Assembly (NCBI GenBank): GCA_951406725.2 | Contig: OX597833.1 | Coordinates: 61,008,001-61,072,000 of the forward strand | Source: Octopus vulgaris | Lineage: Eukaryota | Length of the DNA stretch: 64,000 nucleotides | Direction: 5' to 3' | Part shown: positions 1-13,969 of the stretch, piece after piece | Layout: every line of letters begins with the position of its first letter | Position numbering within the stretch: position 1 is the first letter of the stretch | Translations under genes and position numbers: made by a program | The notes under the pieces: model-generated | Databases searched by the model: none | Told to the model about the DNA's origin: nothing | What the model saw: the letters and a program-made list of their open reading frames with translations, nothing else

Positions 1-129
1 ACCGGCCAACCTAGTTCCATTATTATCCTTTTGGGAAGCTACACATCTGCTCCCACCGATGAGGTTGTTGTATGTCTCTATCTTTCTCTCTAGAACTGGT
101 GGACTCCACTGAGAGACAGAGAGAGAGAG

Positions 130-600
130 GTGGGCTAGGAAGTGCGCACGCCTGCCACAGCCGGTGCCCAACCAAACCCGTTGTCACTTTTATTAGACAC
201 TGAGCGTCAAAGGAATCTGTTCTTGGCCCGTTTATTGGGGTCACTTCCTCCTCCTAAATACAAACAACAAACCAACAAAAACTAAAAAAAAGCCACCAGT
301 GTTTAGTCTATTAAGAGAGGGAGGGAGGGAGGGAAGGAAGGGAAAAAAATAGCGCCCCTTCACCCCGCTCTTCCTAACACCTCCTCCTCCTCCTCCGCCT
401 TCTACCAATCCGCCACCCCCGCACCGTACCCTATACTCTCTTCCCCCCTTCCACTTCTCCCTCTCTCCTCTCTCTCTCTCAAGGGGAGAAAAAGAGAGAG
501 AGAGAATCATGGTAGGGGCGTGAAAAGCTGCTCATGAGTCAGCCAGCACCGCCTCCACCCCCTCCAGTCGTAGTAGTAGTAGTAGCTAGTGGCAGTAATA
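130..600 (+). promoter_or_regulatory. GC/CpG-enriched promoter-like region, probably of GSE1 and possibly bidirectional
   Basis: ETS-type GGAAGT at 138-143 and CACTTCCT at 242-249; NRF1-like TGCGCACGCC at 143-152; CCAAT boxes at 234-238 (reverse) and 405-409; SP/KLF GGGGCGTG at 515-522; AP-1 TGAGTCA at 535-541. Much more GC/CpG than the rest of the window and directly upstream of the candidate first exon. Confidence 0.6.
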
Positions 601-880
601 GTAGTAGTAGTAGTAGTCAGTAATGGCGATCCCCACCCCCACCTCGTCCATTAGAGAGCCCATTATACATGATCTGCTGCTGCTTTTGCATTTGTCGTCG
701 ACACCGCCATCATCATCACCACCACCGTCACTGCCTCCACCATCGCCTTCTGCTCCATCGTAGCCACCGCCGCCATTAGTAATAGTAGTAGTAGTCGTAG
801 TAGTAATAACAATCCTGCTAGTAGTAGTGGTAGTAGTGGTGGTGGTTATTGTAGTGGTGGCGGCGGTAGTAGCTGCATAG
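570..880 (+). repeat. (TAG/GTA)n, (CAT/CAC)n and (GTG)n trinucleotide tracts in the putative 5' UTR
   Basis: Visible directly; these tracts produce the poly-T/G/Y minus-strand ORF 586..891. Confidence 0.85.
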
Positions 881-1015
881 TGTGGTACCAAGTTTCTAAA
901 CCCACCCTCCCCTCCTCCCCGAGTACTTGGGTGTGTGTCGAGTCTGTCTGTCTGTCTATGTGTGTGTGTGTGTGATCAGGTTGGTCTCCTCGATGTGGTG
1001 GCCTGCCCAGATAAC

Positions 1016-1106
1016 ATGTCATTTAATAATATTTATACTAGCACCACCGACGGTTACCTCTTTCCAGCCTATTCCACCAATATGCACGCTTTTTACCCCT
1101 TTCAAG
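1016..1106 (+). CDS. GSE1: Candidate first coding exon of GSE1: MSFNNIYTSTTDGYLFPAYSTNMHAFYPFQ(G)
   Basis: ATG 1016 is the first in-frame ATG after an in-frame TAG at 878-880. 30 codons + 1 nt end in a consensus donor CAAG|GTAAGT (phase 1), and the unspliced frame stops two codons later. The phase matches the GSE1 exon acceptors at 60652 and 60682. Linkage across 59.5 kb is inferred. Confidence 0.6.
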
Positions 1107-2934
1107 GTAAGTGACACCGCTTGGATATCTTTCTCTCTACCCTCCACACATACACACACCCTCTTTAGCCAAAAATTTCCCCATTTTATAACCAAAAATC
1201 TCTGTTCCATTTCTCCATTTTTAACTCGGTTTCCTTTTCGCTATAATCATACAGGATTGTATATAGAGATATGTGTGTGTACGTATGAATATGTGTTAGT
1301 GTGTGTGTTTTATATTTATATATATGTACGTGTATATATGTATGTATGTATGTATGAGTATATATATATATATATGTGTGTGTGTATGGATGGACGTGTG
1401 TGTTTGTATAATGTCGGGTCAGCTTGTTTATTTCTTGTTTCCGAAGAAGAGTGTAAGATTATTTCTTGGTTGTGAGATGTTTCAATGGAAGATATTTTAA
1501 CTGTGGGTTCTTTCTCTCGTCTCGTCTCTTTTGCTTACTTTTTTTTATTTTTTAAATACTTCTCCTTGTCTTTTCTTTATCGCTTGTGTGTTGTTGATTC
1601 TCTCTCGCTCCGCCATCCGCCTTTCTCTCTCCGTTCTTCGGCCACAGATGATGATAGCTAAACCATCTAATTGATTCTATCTCGCTCTCTCTCTCTCTAT
1701 CTCTCTTCCTAGCTGTATATAGTGGCTGCAGTTTAAGTGAGGTGCCATCAGTGGTTGGCCCCGGCTGCTGCTACTCTTGCCCTTGGGTCAATTATCTCCT
1801 ACTACAGCCAAACACACACACACACACAAATGCCGAATGAGAAGACATCCGTACAACTGCTTCTTCCAGAGGAAAAAAAAAAATATTTTCCAACTCCATT
1901 TTGCTATCTCGATCATTGCTGTTGTGTGTGTGTGTGTGTGTGTGTACACACACACACACACACACACATACACTCACACATGTGGTGTTGGTGTTCCAGT
2001 TGTGGTCAGAGGGACACCCAGCTGTTGTAAACAGCGAAGGATCATTCTGTTTAGTGTACCAACTGACCTCCACCGACAAAGCCAAATCATTTATGTACAA
2101 CACTCACTCCCCCGTCCACTTGCCTCCACCTACAACCCCCCTCGCATATGTCGATAGCCCACCCACCCTCTCTCTCTCTCTCTCTGCATTTCTCGTTCAC
2201 CCTCTCTTTCTCTCGTGTCCAGTCTAAACCCCCCTTCCCCTCCCCCTCTCCGCAATTCGCTCATGTAATGATGAAGGACTCGGTTGGTCTGCCTTCTGAC
2301 CTCTCGGGTGTTTACAGTGACCTTGGCACGCTCTTTTACTACTACAACACATGAACATTTGTCAATCAAATATCACAAACTGCTAGAACCATCTTTCCTC
2401 TTCACACACACACACACACACATTTAATGTTCTCTAACCCCCCACCCCCGTAAGCACTATCAACAGCATCATGACCATAAACAAAAACAACACAGAATCC
2501 CGATGGTTTTATTCCACCATTTATTTTCCCCCCCGATATTCCGAAAGCCATCGCCACTACCATCAAGCTTTCTTCTCCGTTCTCATTTTCTATGTCGTTC
2601 CATGTTTCCAGACTTCCTTGTTGATTCCAACTGTTACCATGGAATTTTGGAACCACTGTTCTCCCTGTCTCCCTCTGTGTATGAAATATATATATATATT
2701 TGGAATAGATCCCGTGTATATATATATGAATATATATATATATACACAGATGCATACACACACATATATCTGTGTGTATATATTTACATTTGCATTTATC
2801 CTATATATTTTGTTTAATTTTCCACTATTAACCAACCTTCCGCTTTCATTGTACCACAAATGCTACACACACACGTCACTATACATACATACATACATAC
2901 ATATATATATATACACACACACACACATATATAT

Positions 2935-3060
<126 letters not shown>

Positions 3061-3704
3061 TCTACGGAAACATGTATTGCAGCAATAGTTTCTATATGAA
3101 ATTCCAGTTCGTATCCCCCAGTTGTTGGTCTCAAGAAGACAACGGTCTAATTTTAAAAAAATCGATGACGTACAATTCTTGATGTTGTTTTAGGGAATGG
3201 CATTAGCGCCACTCATTCCTGATTTCTCCTACCACTGTCTGTATCTTTAATAGAGAATGTAACTGTGTGTGTGTCTGTGTGTAGCATATTTAATGGTTTA
3301 CTATAATAATAATAAATGTAATGATCATTGTCGGTGACGAATCATTAAACAATTATATACGTATGCGTGTGTATATATGTGTATTACACGTACGTATGTG
3401 TGTACACACACACGCACGCGCCACGAAGGCTGTTGAACCGAAGCCTCGGAGTAACTGTCAACTGTTTCCCTGTAAAAGCTGTGTGTATATGGAAAACGTC
3501 AATACGGAATTAATTTATATGATTTATTGTCGATTAAGATTGGATTACTCGTCTGTTTATTACTCCGAGTAACAACAAAGTAATATTAGCATTATTACAG
3601 TAGATATATATGTGTGTGTGTGAAAATAAAACAGTAATGACCAGAAATGTGAAATGGCGGGTGTGTGTAATGTTTATCTTGGCTTTCGTTGTTAAGGGTC
3701 ATTT

Positions 3705-3940
3705 GAGATATTGACACCTGTACCCTTAAGTGTCTGTGTGTCTGTTTTTGTCGAAAGAAGCCAAGGGGTCAGCCGAGCTATTTGACACCCGTACTCTAAA
3801 TGTCTGTGTGTTTTGCATTCGAAGAAAGCCGGAGGTCAGCTGAGTTACTTAACACCTGTACTCTGCATTGAAAGAAGCCAGGGGTCAGCTGAGCTATTTG
3901 ACACCTGTACTCTAAATGTCTGTGTGTCTGTTTTTAAAGA
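3705..3940. repeat. Minisatellite, about 4 degenerate copies of a 55-70 bp unit
   Basis: Recurrent GGTCAGCTGAGCTATTTGACACCTGTACTCTAAATGTCTGTGTG...GAAAGAAGCC unit. Confidence 0.85.
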
Positions 3941-4437
3941 ACCCATTCACACTCTCTCTCAATGCTGGCCTTTTCGCCCCTCCCCTTCTAACTCGCTCTC
4001 TACGCATACACACCCTCCCTCCCTCACTTCTCCTACGCTTTCTAACTCCCCTCTCCCCCATTCACTTTTTCTTTTTATCCTGCCTCTCCCTCCTCCCCCT
4101 TCTTTTTATCGTTTTCTATGTTTTCCGTGTCAATTTCTCTCTCCCCCTTCCTACCGTTTACCCTCCCTCTCTCTCTCTTATCCATACTCCTTCTTTCTCC
4201 CCTATCTCTTAAATATATTCCTCCCCCCCCCTTCCTTTTCATATTTTATATCCGCTTGAGGTTTATGTAGCTTCAATCTTCTAATCACTTTGTCTCTGAA
4301 CACATCCACATATCCAGACTCGTATACACACACAGACACTAACAACCACGTACACGGACGCACACACACTTAACATAATTACACACTCTTGACACAACCA
4401 CACACGTAGATTCATACGTATTTAGCTCAGTAATACG

Positions 4438-4468
<31 letters not shown>

Positions 4469-4844
4469 AAAAATATTCCCACAGATATATATATATATAT
4501 ATACACACACAACATATGCACATACATAGACTCAAGCATACACGCTTAAACACATCCATATACATTCACACATACACACTTCACACTGTGGCGCACGCAT
4601 GCGCATATACGTCTCATGTAATCGTTTCCTCCGTTCATTTTTATTTCCACACCACTACCACCATCACCAATAATAATAATAATAATAATAATAATGACAG
4701 TGAATCGACGATCGTTAAACTGGTTTCCCCTCCTCTCTCTCGGTTCTTTGTCAGAAAACAGACCTATAAAAATCAAAGATCACAAGTGCTTGTTGATATT
4801 TATACTGTGGCCATCACTCCAGACTGGTCTTTACACTTCCATTA

Positions 4845-4919
<75 letters not shown>

Positions 4920-5269
4920 TACACACACACATATATATATCACACTATCACAAACATATACACACATTCTGACCGTTTATTATTGTAATAAACGGTTTGT
5001 CGGGCATATCTCACGAACGGATCATGGTCCAATTTCTGTTGTATTCTTCTCCAGCGATTAAAAGTACCAGCAAACTACTGAGACCTCATCGATTATACAA
5101 TCAGAAATATTTATAATTATGACTCAATGCAATGTTGTTGTTGTTCTATTAAATCACCACACCCGTTCCTGGTTGTGGTTGCGTGTGTTTGTGTGCGGTG
5201 GGGTTACTGTTTAGGCATCACCAGGCCATCCCGTCTCCCTCCCTCCCTGTCTGTCTGTAAATACGACTG

Positions 5270-5336
5270 TGTATAAAGCCTACATTATTAGTCAATGTGT
5301 CTGTATAAAGCCTACATTATTAGTCAATGTGTCTGT
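5270..5336. repeat. Perfect 32-bp tandem duplication
   Basis: TGTATAAAGCCTACATTATTAGTCAATGTGTC occurs twice in tandem. Confidence 0.95.
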
Positions 5337-6684
5337 CCTTCCTTTATAAAGACAATAGATTCGCGATTTCGGAGACTTCGACTGCTCTTTCTGGACAGTT
5401 GTTCTGCGGCGTAGAAGCTCCGTCGTCTGTTAATTATTGGAGTGGTTATAGTTAATTATTCCCTCTCGCCTCCCTAATTCTGTGGCTGTGTGCCAATCAT
5501 TGTCATCACCATCGTCATTATTATTATTATTATTTATTCATGACAGCGTAGTTTCGTTGATAGTTTTTCTCTCTCCCTCTCTTTGTTTGATAGGTTATTA
5601 TGGTTAATTGTGTGTTTAATGACATAGCTGTGAGGAAATCTAAATTGTAGTGTTGTTTTTTCTTTTCTCTTTTCTTTTTTACTAGTTAACTGTTCTAATT
5701 AGCTGTTGGGGGGGGGGGGGGTGCATGTGTGTGTGTGTGGCTGTCGAATATATATACATACATACGTACATACATATACACAGACGTTTTGTGGCTGATG
5801 GTTGTTGGTTGCCACAGAAAATCTGTAGCCCACTTGTAGACAATACGCAAACAGTCTATTTGGCCTCTCTATTTCTCCCTCCCCCTCTATCTCTGTCTAT
5901 CTCACTCTCTCTCTCTCTGTCTCTCTCGCTAACCCTCCTCCACCCACCCAACAGACACTATACTGACACGTTCCGAATCTTTTATATACGTGTATTCATA
6001 ATCCTTATCTCGTTTTAAACTTGGCATTTCCACCACCATCGCCATCATCTCTCCGCCGACAATATTTGTTTTTCATAATACAAAACAAAGAAGCACAATG
6101 GAATCTCTCTCTATCTCTCCCTCTCATTCTCAACTGCCATTCTTCACAAACGAAGTGAATTCATGAGCTAAGAATGGTGATATGTTTCTGGATTTGTTGA
6201 TTCTATTTTAACTCAATTCCAAATAAAATTTCAGCCAATTTTTTTTATTTTTTCTATTATTTCCTTTATGGCAGTTGACATTTTACTTCGTTAAATGCTT
6301 TTGGCTTTCTTTCATGGGAGACCATCAATTATTCAGCGATATGGCAAATATGGATGTCAAATATTTTATGTATATATATCTGTATGTACACACGATACAC
6401 AGACATGCACACACATACACACACACACGTGTGTGCGTGTGTGTATTTATATATATATATTCTATTCAGAAACAGATATCTAGACGTATATAATGAAAGT
6501 ATTGGGCCACACACACACACACACACGTATGTACATATATATATATTTATATAGGAGTGTGTGTGTACACAAGCACACGTATGTATGTATATATATATAT
6601 ATGTATATATATATATACACACACACACACTCCAAAATAAGTATATATTTGGTTGGGCATAGTAAAGTTCAATATTACATAGTA

Positions 6685-6731
<47 letters not shown>

Positions 6732-6753
6732 GGTGGTGTGTGTGTGTGTATGT

Positions 6754-6785
<32 letters not shown>

Positions 6786-7561
6786 GATCTGATCTGAATT
6801 GTAATCTGTATCTTCTGTCCTGTCTCTGTAGTGACAGGAGACTCAATCGTGACCCACACTCCTCATCCATTTGTGAAGTGATGTATGAAGTAAATGGCTT
6901 GTCTATTGACAGTTTTCAATGGTTCTAAGTGACGCACATACACATACACAGGCATATACACACACACACACACACAGGCCTACATTTGCCGCTTCCTCCT
7001 CCCAGTCTGCAATTCTTTCATTCCTTCTCCGTTCATCATTCTCTTGCAAACCTTTTCCTTACTCATTCTAATCCCTGAAGAATTTAACTTATTTCCATTT
7101 TTTTCTTCTTCCTTCTTCTTCTTTAACCCGTATCCAAGAAATCTAAACTCCCCCGACAGTGACGTCTTAAAGGCCCTAAATCAGAGATAGTGCATTATTA
7201 ATCTTTACCTTCTGTTGTTTTTATCATTGTTGTTTGTTACCTGACCACACCTGTCAGGGTTAGCAAATCGCCAGCTGCTTCTCCTTATTGTGCTACTTGA
7301 ACATTAGTCATAATTTAGTAGCTTTCTCTCTTTCACACACACTCTCTTTCTCTCATATACACACGAAAGTATCATCATCATCTCTGTTATGTATTATGTA
7401 CTTTTCCTTCCGTGTGTGTATGTTTGAAGTTATAGATAGTGAAGAAACTCGGCTTTCCCTAATTCAGTAGAGCTCATTTTCGGATTTCTCGTTTCCTTGC
7501 TCTTAGAATGAGGGATTCCCATCACCCCACCCCACCCCCACATACGTGTCCCCCCTTCTAG

Positions 7562-7790
7562 GGCGAGCTGGCAGAAACGTTAGCACGCCGGGCGAAGTGC
7601 TTTGCGGTATTTCGCCCGCCGCTTGCGTTCTGAGTTCAAATTCCGCCGAGGTCGACTTTGCCTTTCATCCTTTCGGGGTCGATAAATTAAGTACCAGTTA
7701 CGCACTGGGGTCGAAGTAATCGACTTAATCCTTTTGTCTGTCCTTGTTTGTCCCCTCTGTGTTTAGCCCCTTGTGGATAGTAAAGAAATA
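7562..7790 (+). mobile_element. tRNA-derived SINE family A, near full length
   Basis: Head GGCGAGCTGGCAGAAACGTTAGC with B-box-like GAGTTCAAATTCC; body GCCTTTCATCCTTTCGGGGTCGATAAATTAAGTACCAG; tail TTAGCCCCTTGTGG...TAAAGAAATA. Many highly similar copies in the window. Confidence 0.9.
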
Positions 7791-8021
7791 TTTAAACATT
7801 AAGTAACATGTTATCCTTAAGGCTAAACATTTTCTCTGTTGGTGCTTCTCCCTTATTCTTCAGTTTTAATTAAAATCATCATGATACCTTTCCTATGCTA
7901 CTAATCTAATTGGCTTTAATTATATTGACATCATTTTAGTGAATTAGCATGTTAACCTTTTCAATTTGTTGATTGAATTGATAACCTGTACGAATTTTTA
8001 TTGTCCTTCTTCATTACTCAG

Positions 8022-8378
8022 GTATTCTTTTATTTGTTCTCAGTCATTAGACTGGTTATGCTGGGACACTACCTTAAAGGTTTAGTCAATCAAATTGCCC
8101 CCCAGTACTTTTTTATTGGTCCCTTTTGCTAAATTACTAACTTGTGGAGACGTAAACAAACCGACATTGGTTATCAAGCAGTGGTGGAGGACAGACAGAC
8201 ACACACACCTACATGCAACAGGCTTCTTTCAGTTTTTGCTTACCAAATCCACTCACAAGGCTTTTGGTCAGCCTGAGGCTATAGTGGAAGACACTTGCCC
8301 AAGGTGTCACGCAGTGGGACTGAACCCAGAACCATGTGGTTGGAAAGTAAACTTTTTTTAATCATACAGCCACGCCTG
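8022..8378 (-). mobile_element. tRNA-derived SINE family B
   Basis: Reverse complement of GGCTGTGTGGT..AAG..TTGCTTCC.AACCACATGGTTC.GGGTTCAGTCCCACTGCGTGGCACCTTGGGCAAGTGTCTTC...GACTGA.ACAAGTAAAAG; multiple copies in the window. Confidence 0.85.
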
Positions 8379-8827
8379 TATTCTGCGTCAATTTTATTTC
8401 ATTTAGTTTCAGATAAACATTATTTAGTTTAGCCAGTCATTGATAAATAGCATGTTCACATTCTGGATGAATTCACCATTTCAGCAGATAAAGAGTCAGA
8501 TATGGTACACAGTTTACAAAATTCTTGGAGAACTTCAGTGTTATACTGGGAATCTTATTGAGTCAGAATGATAACATGAGTAGATGAAATTTGTTGTTGT
8601 CTAAACTACATATCCTGGTGTTGATATGATCCACTTCATAATGATGTAAACAGAAATTCAATTGTCCTAGTGGTTGTGATCAAACGTTTTCCTTAGACAC
8701 TGCGATCTAAGTTAAGAATACAATATAACTTATGTTGTCTGTGCTAACGCTCAGGATAGCTCCTTTACAGTACAATGGTTATCATAAAAGATTCCAGCCA
8801 TGACAATCCTATCTTTATATATATCTA

Positions 8828-9072
8828 TAAAGCAAAGTTACCTTCTCGAGTCATGCTGCTCGAGTCATGCTGACTTATAAGGGCCGGTTTCACAGCATAT
8901 AATTTCCCCACCTGGATGTAATACTGGTCCGTCATCACAGGATTACCCATTTTTGCCAGCTGAGTGAATTGGAGCAATGTGAAAGAACACAAAGCATTGC
9001 CCAGTCCAGGAATCAAAACAACAATCTTCCGATCTGGAGTCCAACACCCTAACCACTAACCGCACACCTCCA
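8828..9072 (-). mobile_element. tRNA-like SINE family D
   Basis: Head on - strand TAGTGGTTAGGGTGTTGGACTC...GATTCC and body CAGCTGAGT.GA.TGGAG, shared with copies at about 13690-13969, 27560-27870 and 40280-40512. Contains a 14-bp tandem duplication CTCGAGTCATGCTG. Confidence 0.65.
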
Positions 9073-9685
9073 TGTTAATTTACATATGCCTGTGATTGTA
9101 TTATCCAATGAGTCCTTTTGTTTGTGTCTGTGTGTGATTTGAGGCAGGTGAACTATTATTTCGAGCACATTAAGCAAACCACATAATCTCCTTTTGTTAC
9201 TAAGTTAAGTGATCTGTTGTTCTTAAGAATTCTTATATTTTTTGTATCGTTGCTGTGCTCCATAGGATTCAGTTTCTCCTGATGGAATTAACAGCCAAGA
9301 AATTACAGATGGAACTTACTTCCATCTGTATCATCTACCACCAACACAGAGATACCATCTTTGATGTTCCTTCTATTTTCTCATCCCGCTCTCTTCACAT
9401 CCTTTTAGACCAGCAGTGACCCAATGTCGACCTGGTTTATAGGTCAGAGAAATCTTGATCTTAACCTTGCCCTTAATCTTTGTAACTAATACAAAATTCC
9501 CCGATACCCTGCTGATATGCAGTGGCCTACTGCCTTAAAAGACAAATTCATCTCAATGCAATTGTTGAATGATTTGTTAATTGATGATGTTAACAACCTC
9601 ACCTGAGCAAGTATTGCTTTTTCATAGAACAATATGCATCTGTAGTGGTTGTGTTGAATGTTATGAATGAATTTATTATTTAGTT

Positions 9686-9840
9686 CAGGTGTGGCTAACC
9701 TTTTTTTTTTTAGAAGCAGGCTACCTGACACAGGGTTTCATTGTCAGGTGAGCTGCACTGCTAAAAAAAAATACTTAAGGTAATTTTTAATTTGTTGTAC
9801 CATTCAGAAAGTCCTGTGGGCTGCAGTTTGCCCATGCTTG
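9686..9840. mobile_element. hAT-type MITE
   Basis: Imperfect TIRs CAGGTGTGGCTAAC / GTTTGCCCATGCTTG flanked by 8-bp TSD ATTTAGTT / ATTTAGTC. Confidence 0.7.
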
Positions 9841-11169
9841 ATTTAGTCCAGTTGAATCAGCCTTCCAGCTTGCCAGCCTGGGTCAAACTGTCCAACCCAT
9901 GCCAGTATGGACAACGGACATTAAATGATGGTTATATCAAATCATTAATGTCAGCTGTAGATATGTCCCCATTTTGATCAGGTGCAGTCCCCTTCGTGTT
10001 CTAAAAGCCAAATCAGCCAAGGGGTGGTCTTAAGGTAAACATCCTTTATGTTTCTTTCCAGTTTCTGTTTCTTAACATTCCTTCTCAGTTCGTCAATTCA
10101 ATTGTTATTGTTTTTATTGTCCTTCTTCACTCGAGTCCCTAACAATCCTTCCTTGTATTCTTTTACCTGTTCTCAGTCGTTGGACTGCAGCCATACTGGA
10201 GCACTGCCTTGATGGTTTAGTCAAACTAATCAACCCCAATACGTATTTCTTTTCTGAACCTGGTACTTATTATATTGCTATATATATATATATACAAATA
10301 TGAGAGAGAATCCACTATGTGGACGCTCTTACGCTAGATATAGATCCCCAAGGGTCTTAACCACTAAGAATTGTTTATATATATATATATATATATATAT
10401 ATCTTTTGCAAAATTTGTCAGCACATTTTGTTTTAATGTGTTGTTTGTATTAATATATTTCTGTCCTTTAGCATTGTGTCTGTGTTGTATCTACTACAGT
10501 ACTAACGTGTATGCGCACACACACACACACACACATCCTTGCCAAAGGAGCAACAACACCAGGTCTTACCTTGAGTTATGAATTACCTGAGATAAGGGAT
10601 AATTGTGGGAATTTCTATTTTTTTCTGACAATCATCAATTAAATGTTGCAATGAAGCATTTCAAAAGTTGGTTGGTTCCAAGTGGGCCTTCACAAAAAAA
10701 TGCATAAAATATACAAATTTTTTAAAGACATAGTCAAATTTTTAACTATTCTCTGGATAAATATACTTTAATCAAAAAGAAAAAAAAGATGGTTGTAGAA
10801 ATATATAATTACTCTAAATGAAAATCAGTAACTGGTATTCTTCATCATTGAGAAGTTTTATTTTTAATTAAAAAATTTAAATTTCATTTTTTTAGACAAT
10901 CTCAGGAGAAAGTCACTTAATAACGTATGACTTCCATGGAAAGATGTTCCATGAAACCAAATTCCAGCAACCCAACTGGCCTACAGCATATAATCTATAT
11001 ATACAGCTATTACCTATGGATTCATCAACATAAATGCAACACTGTGTATGTGTGTGTGTGTGTGTGTGCACGTGCATGTGCACATGTCATATATATAAGA
11101 TATATATGGTGTAGTTCATTTATGTTTGTATGTATAAATTATGATATTGGCTTATGAAAACTAATTTCT

Positions 11170-11410
11170 ATACATACACAATGTGTGTATGTATATATAT
11201 ATATATACATACATATAATATACACATATAATATATATATAAACACGCATGATATACAAATATAATATATATATATATACACACACATAATATACATACA
11301 TAATATATATATATATACACACACACATAATATACACATAATATATATTTATATATATATACATATAATATACACATATAATATATATTTATATATATGT
11401 ATAATACATA
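11170..11410. repeat. AT-rich compound minisatellite built from ACATATAATATA-like units
   Basis: Visible directly. Confidence 0.85.
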
Positions 11411-13689
11411 GTTGTGGTTTTGATTGAACACAACATACACATACATTAATAAATATGCCAGTGCACATATGCACATGTACACGTGGTTAGATTTTACATG
11501 CACACACACACAGGTGTGCAGATGCATGTGTGTGCATCTCCTCCTCTCACTCACTCGCACACACACACACATGTAATACACGATATATATAATTTGTTTT
11601 TATGTGAACCTACAGGTCAACAGTGTCAGAAAAATTTGTTTGATCTCTCTCCTGCCCTTTCTCTGCAACTGTCATTTTCTCTCCCTCTCCCTCTCGCTAC
11701 TCCCCGCTTTCTTTCATCTCTGGCTCTCTCTTTGTTTCACAAATATATAGTAACGTATGTGTGCTTATCAAAAAAGGAAAGAAAAAAAAGTATATTTTGT
11801 GTGTGTGTGTGTGTGTGTGAATCTACTGAGTCAACAAGGTTGGAAAAATTTTGTTTTATCTCTCGCCTACTCTTTATTTCTTTACTTCTTTTTGTCTCAT
11901 CTCTAGTTCCGTCTCTGTCTCTCTTTTTCCTCCTCACTCTCTTGTCAACAATGATAAATCCAGTCCTGAATTTATACATAGAATCTTCATAACCCCCACC
12001 TTCCATCTGTATGTATATATATATACTACAATAATTCAACCATTCTTAAACCATACACACACTCACACAAATAAGTATAGCTGGACTGATGATATTCACC
12101 AGCTGAATACAGTTCAATCTCTTAAAATGGACTTCTTTCACTATGACAATAATTATCTGTTGTGCTTAAACTTTTCCTCAATTTATTGGGCAATTAAGTA
12201 ATCATTTCATTAAAAAAGAATTAATCTTCTCATGAAGATGCTGCTATCTCGGTGACACAAGGGGGGATAATCCTGAAGAAAGATGACAGAAGGCTTACAG
12301 GAAAGAGAATTTGTCAGGCAAATCGGTAACAACAGAGAGGCATGGAAGAGTTGAAGGAATCAAGGATGGAGCCAACATCCTGAAACACTAGGAGATAGGG
12401 CAACCAAAGCTTGGTAAATATTAGACTGTATAAAGGGAATTGTCATCAGCAAGAATCATCAGAGACTTGAGATATACAAAGAAATGCATGAAGCAAATTA
12501 TTGGCAAGAATCTGGGACCCCACTGCATCGGGGGCCTTCAATTAGACCCGACGAGCCATGATCACCAAAGAGTATCAACATTCACTGCAAAACAATGAGA
12601 TAGGACAGCTGTTAATTATTAAGTTTATAGGTATTGGTTCAACGTGTAAAACCAAGTGAGAAAAGGGGGATAGCTAGAATGTATGTGCTCCTTGGGTAGC
12701 CACCATATATCCTCAGCAGCCCCCTAAGGATTCTACTAACAGGCAACAATTCTGTGTCCAAGTATTTTCTTACAAACAATAACACCTATAGCTGTGCAGT
12801 TGAGATGACAGCATTTTGGTCTCATGGAAGATTTGTTCAGGACAAGTCCTCTTCAGATTTGCTTCCTTGCTTCTTCCTCCTGTCACCAAGAATTTAGTCT
12901 CTGTTTCTCTGTTCTATGCACACTCTTAACAACTACTTCTCCGTCATTTCTCTCTCTCTCTGATGTCATCAAATTATTTATTCAGTCAGGTGTTGTACAC
13001 ACACATACAATCATAAATAGAATATTCATAATAACTTCCCCTCATTTAAACCCCACAGCTGATATATTCAGTATTAAAACTTTCCTCTCTGCTTGTATAT
13101 CATGAACCTGTCTCTCTTTAAGTTTGCCTTTTATTTAGGTTAATAGAATGTTTCAGTTTAGAAAAACTATCCCAATTCCTGTTTGGTTAGTTTTCATCTA
13201 GCATCTTGAAATCATTTACTAACTCATATTGGGTAACCTCTTGAAGTGTTTGATGCTGGTGATTTATAGAATACATTCACTAGAGAACTGTTCATTTTAT
13301 GTAAGTGACTTGTTGGAACATAGTCTTCCCTCGACTGTATTTTTATATAGGGAAATAGAATATGCATACATTTGCTCCTTCCTCCTCTATTTACTGTAGA
13401 GTCTGAACCCAACATATTTCTGTTGGTGCTGCTACATAAACAACTTACTGTTTGGTTACCATTCTAGCTATTTACCATTTCTTCCAGTTTTGATTCTCTC
13501 TCAAATATTTCACTAATTTTCCTAAACATACAAATTGTGTTGATGTATTTTTGTGGATTCAATTTTCCACTAAAATTGCCTTTCTTCTGCACACTATCCA
13601 GAGGTAGACATCCTTCCTCCATACATTATTTATATGTCCATCTACACTTAAGCACAAAGATTATGTTCGAATGGACTCTCCCATCGAAG

Positions 13690-13969
13690 ACAACGTATGA
13701 GTGTTCAGCCTTAGCCAAACGACCTGCACAAATGATTTGTTTATAGTGATCAAATGTATGTGATGTGTATGAGCTCAGTCTCGCCATCAAATCGATGTTG
13801 CCTGAACAGGTGCTCAAGTGTACCTTGCATCGGGTGTCAAAGTGATTGCAGAGCAACACGGGACGAAGTGTTTTGCTCCAGAACACAACACACCACCCGG
13901 TCTGGGAAATGAAACCATGATCTTGTGATTGTGAGTGCAACATCTTAACCACTAGGCCATGCACTCTCA
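13690..13969 (-). mobile_element. SINE family D-related copy
   Basis: tRNA-like head on - strand (GGCCTAGTGGTTAAGATGTTGCACTCACAATC...) followed by GAGCAAAACACTTC. Confidence 0.6.

Noticed and set aside
927-1475. 182-aa ORF overlapping exon 1
   Set aside because: Starts at TTG and runs through microsatellites and past the donor; its phase-0 splice to exon 2 hits a stop. The credible frame starts at ATG 1016.
7562-7645. tRNA gene
   Set aside because: Only A/B-box-like remnants within SINE heads; no complete cloverleaf evident.
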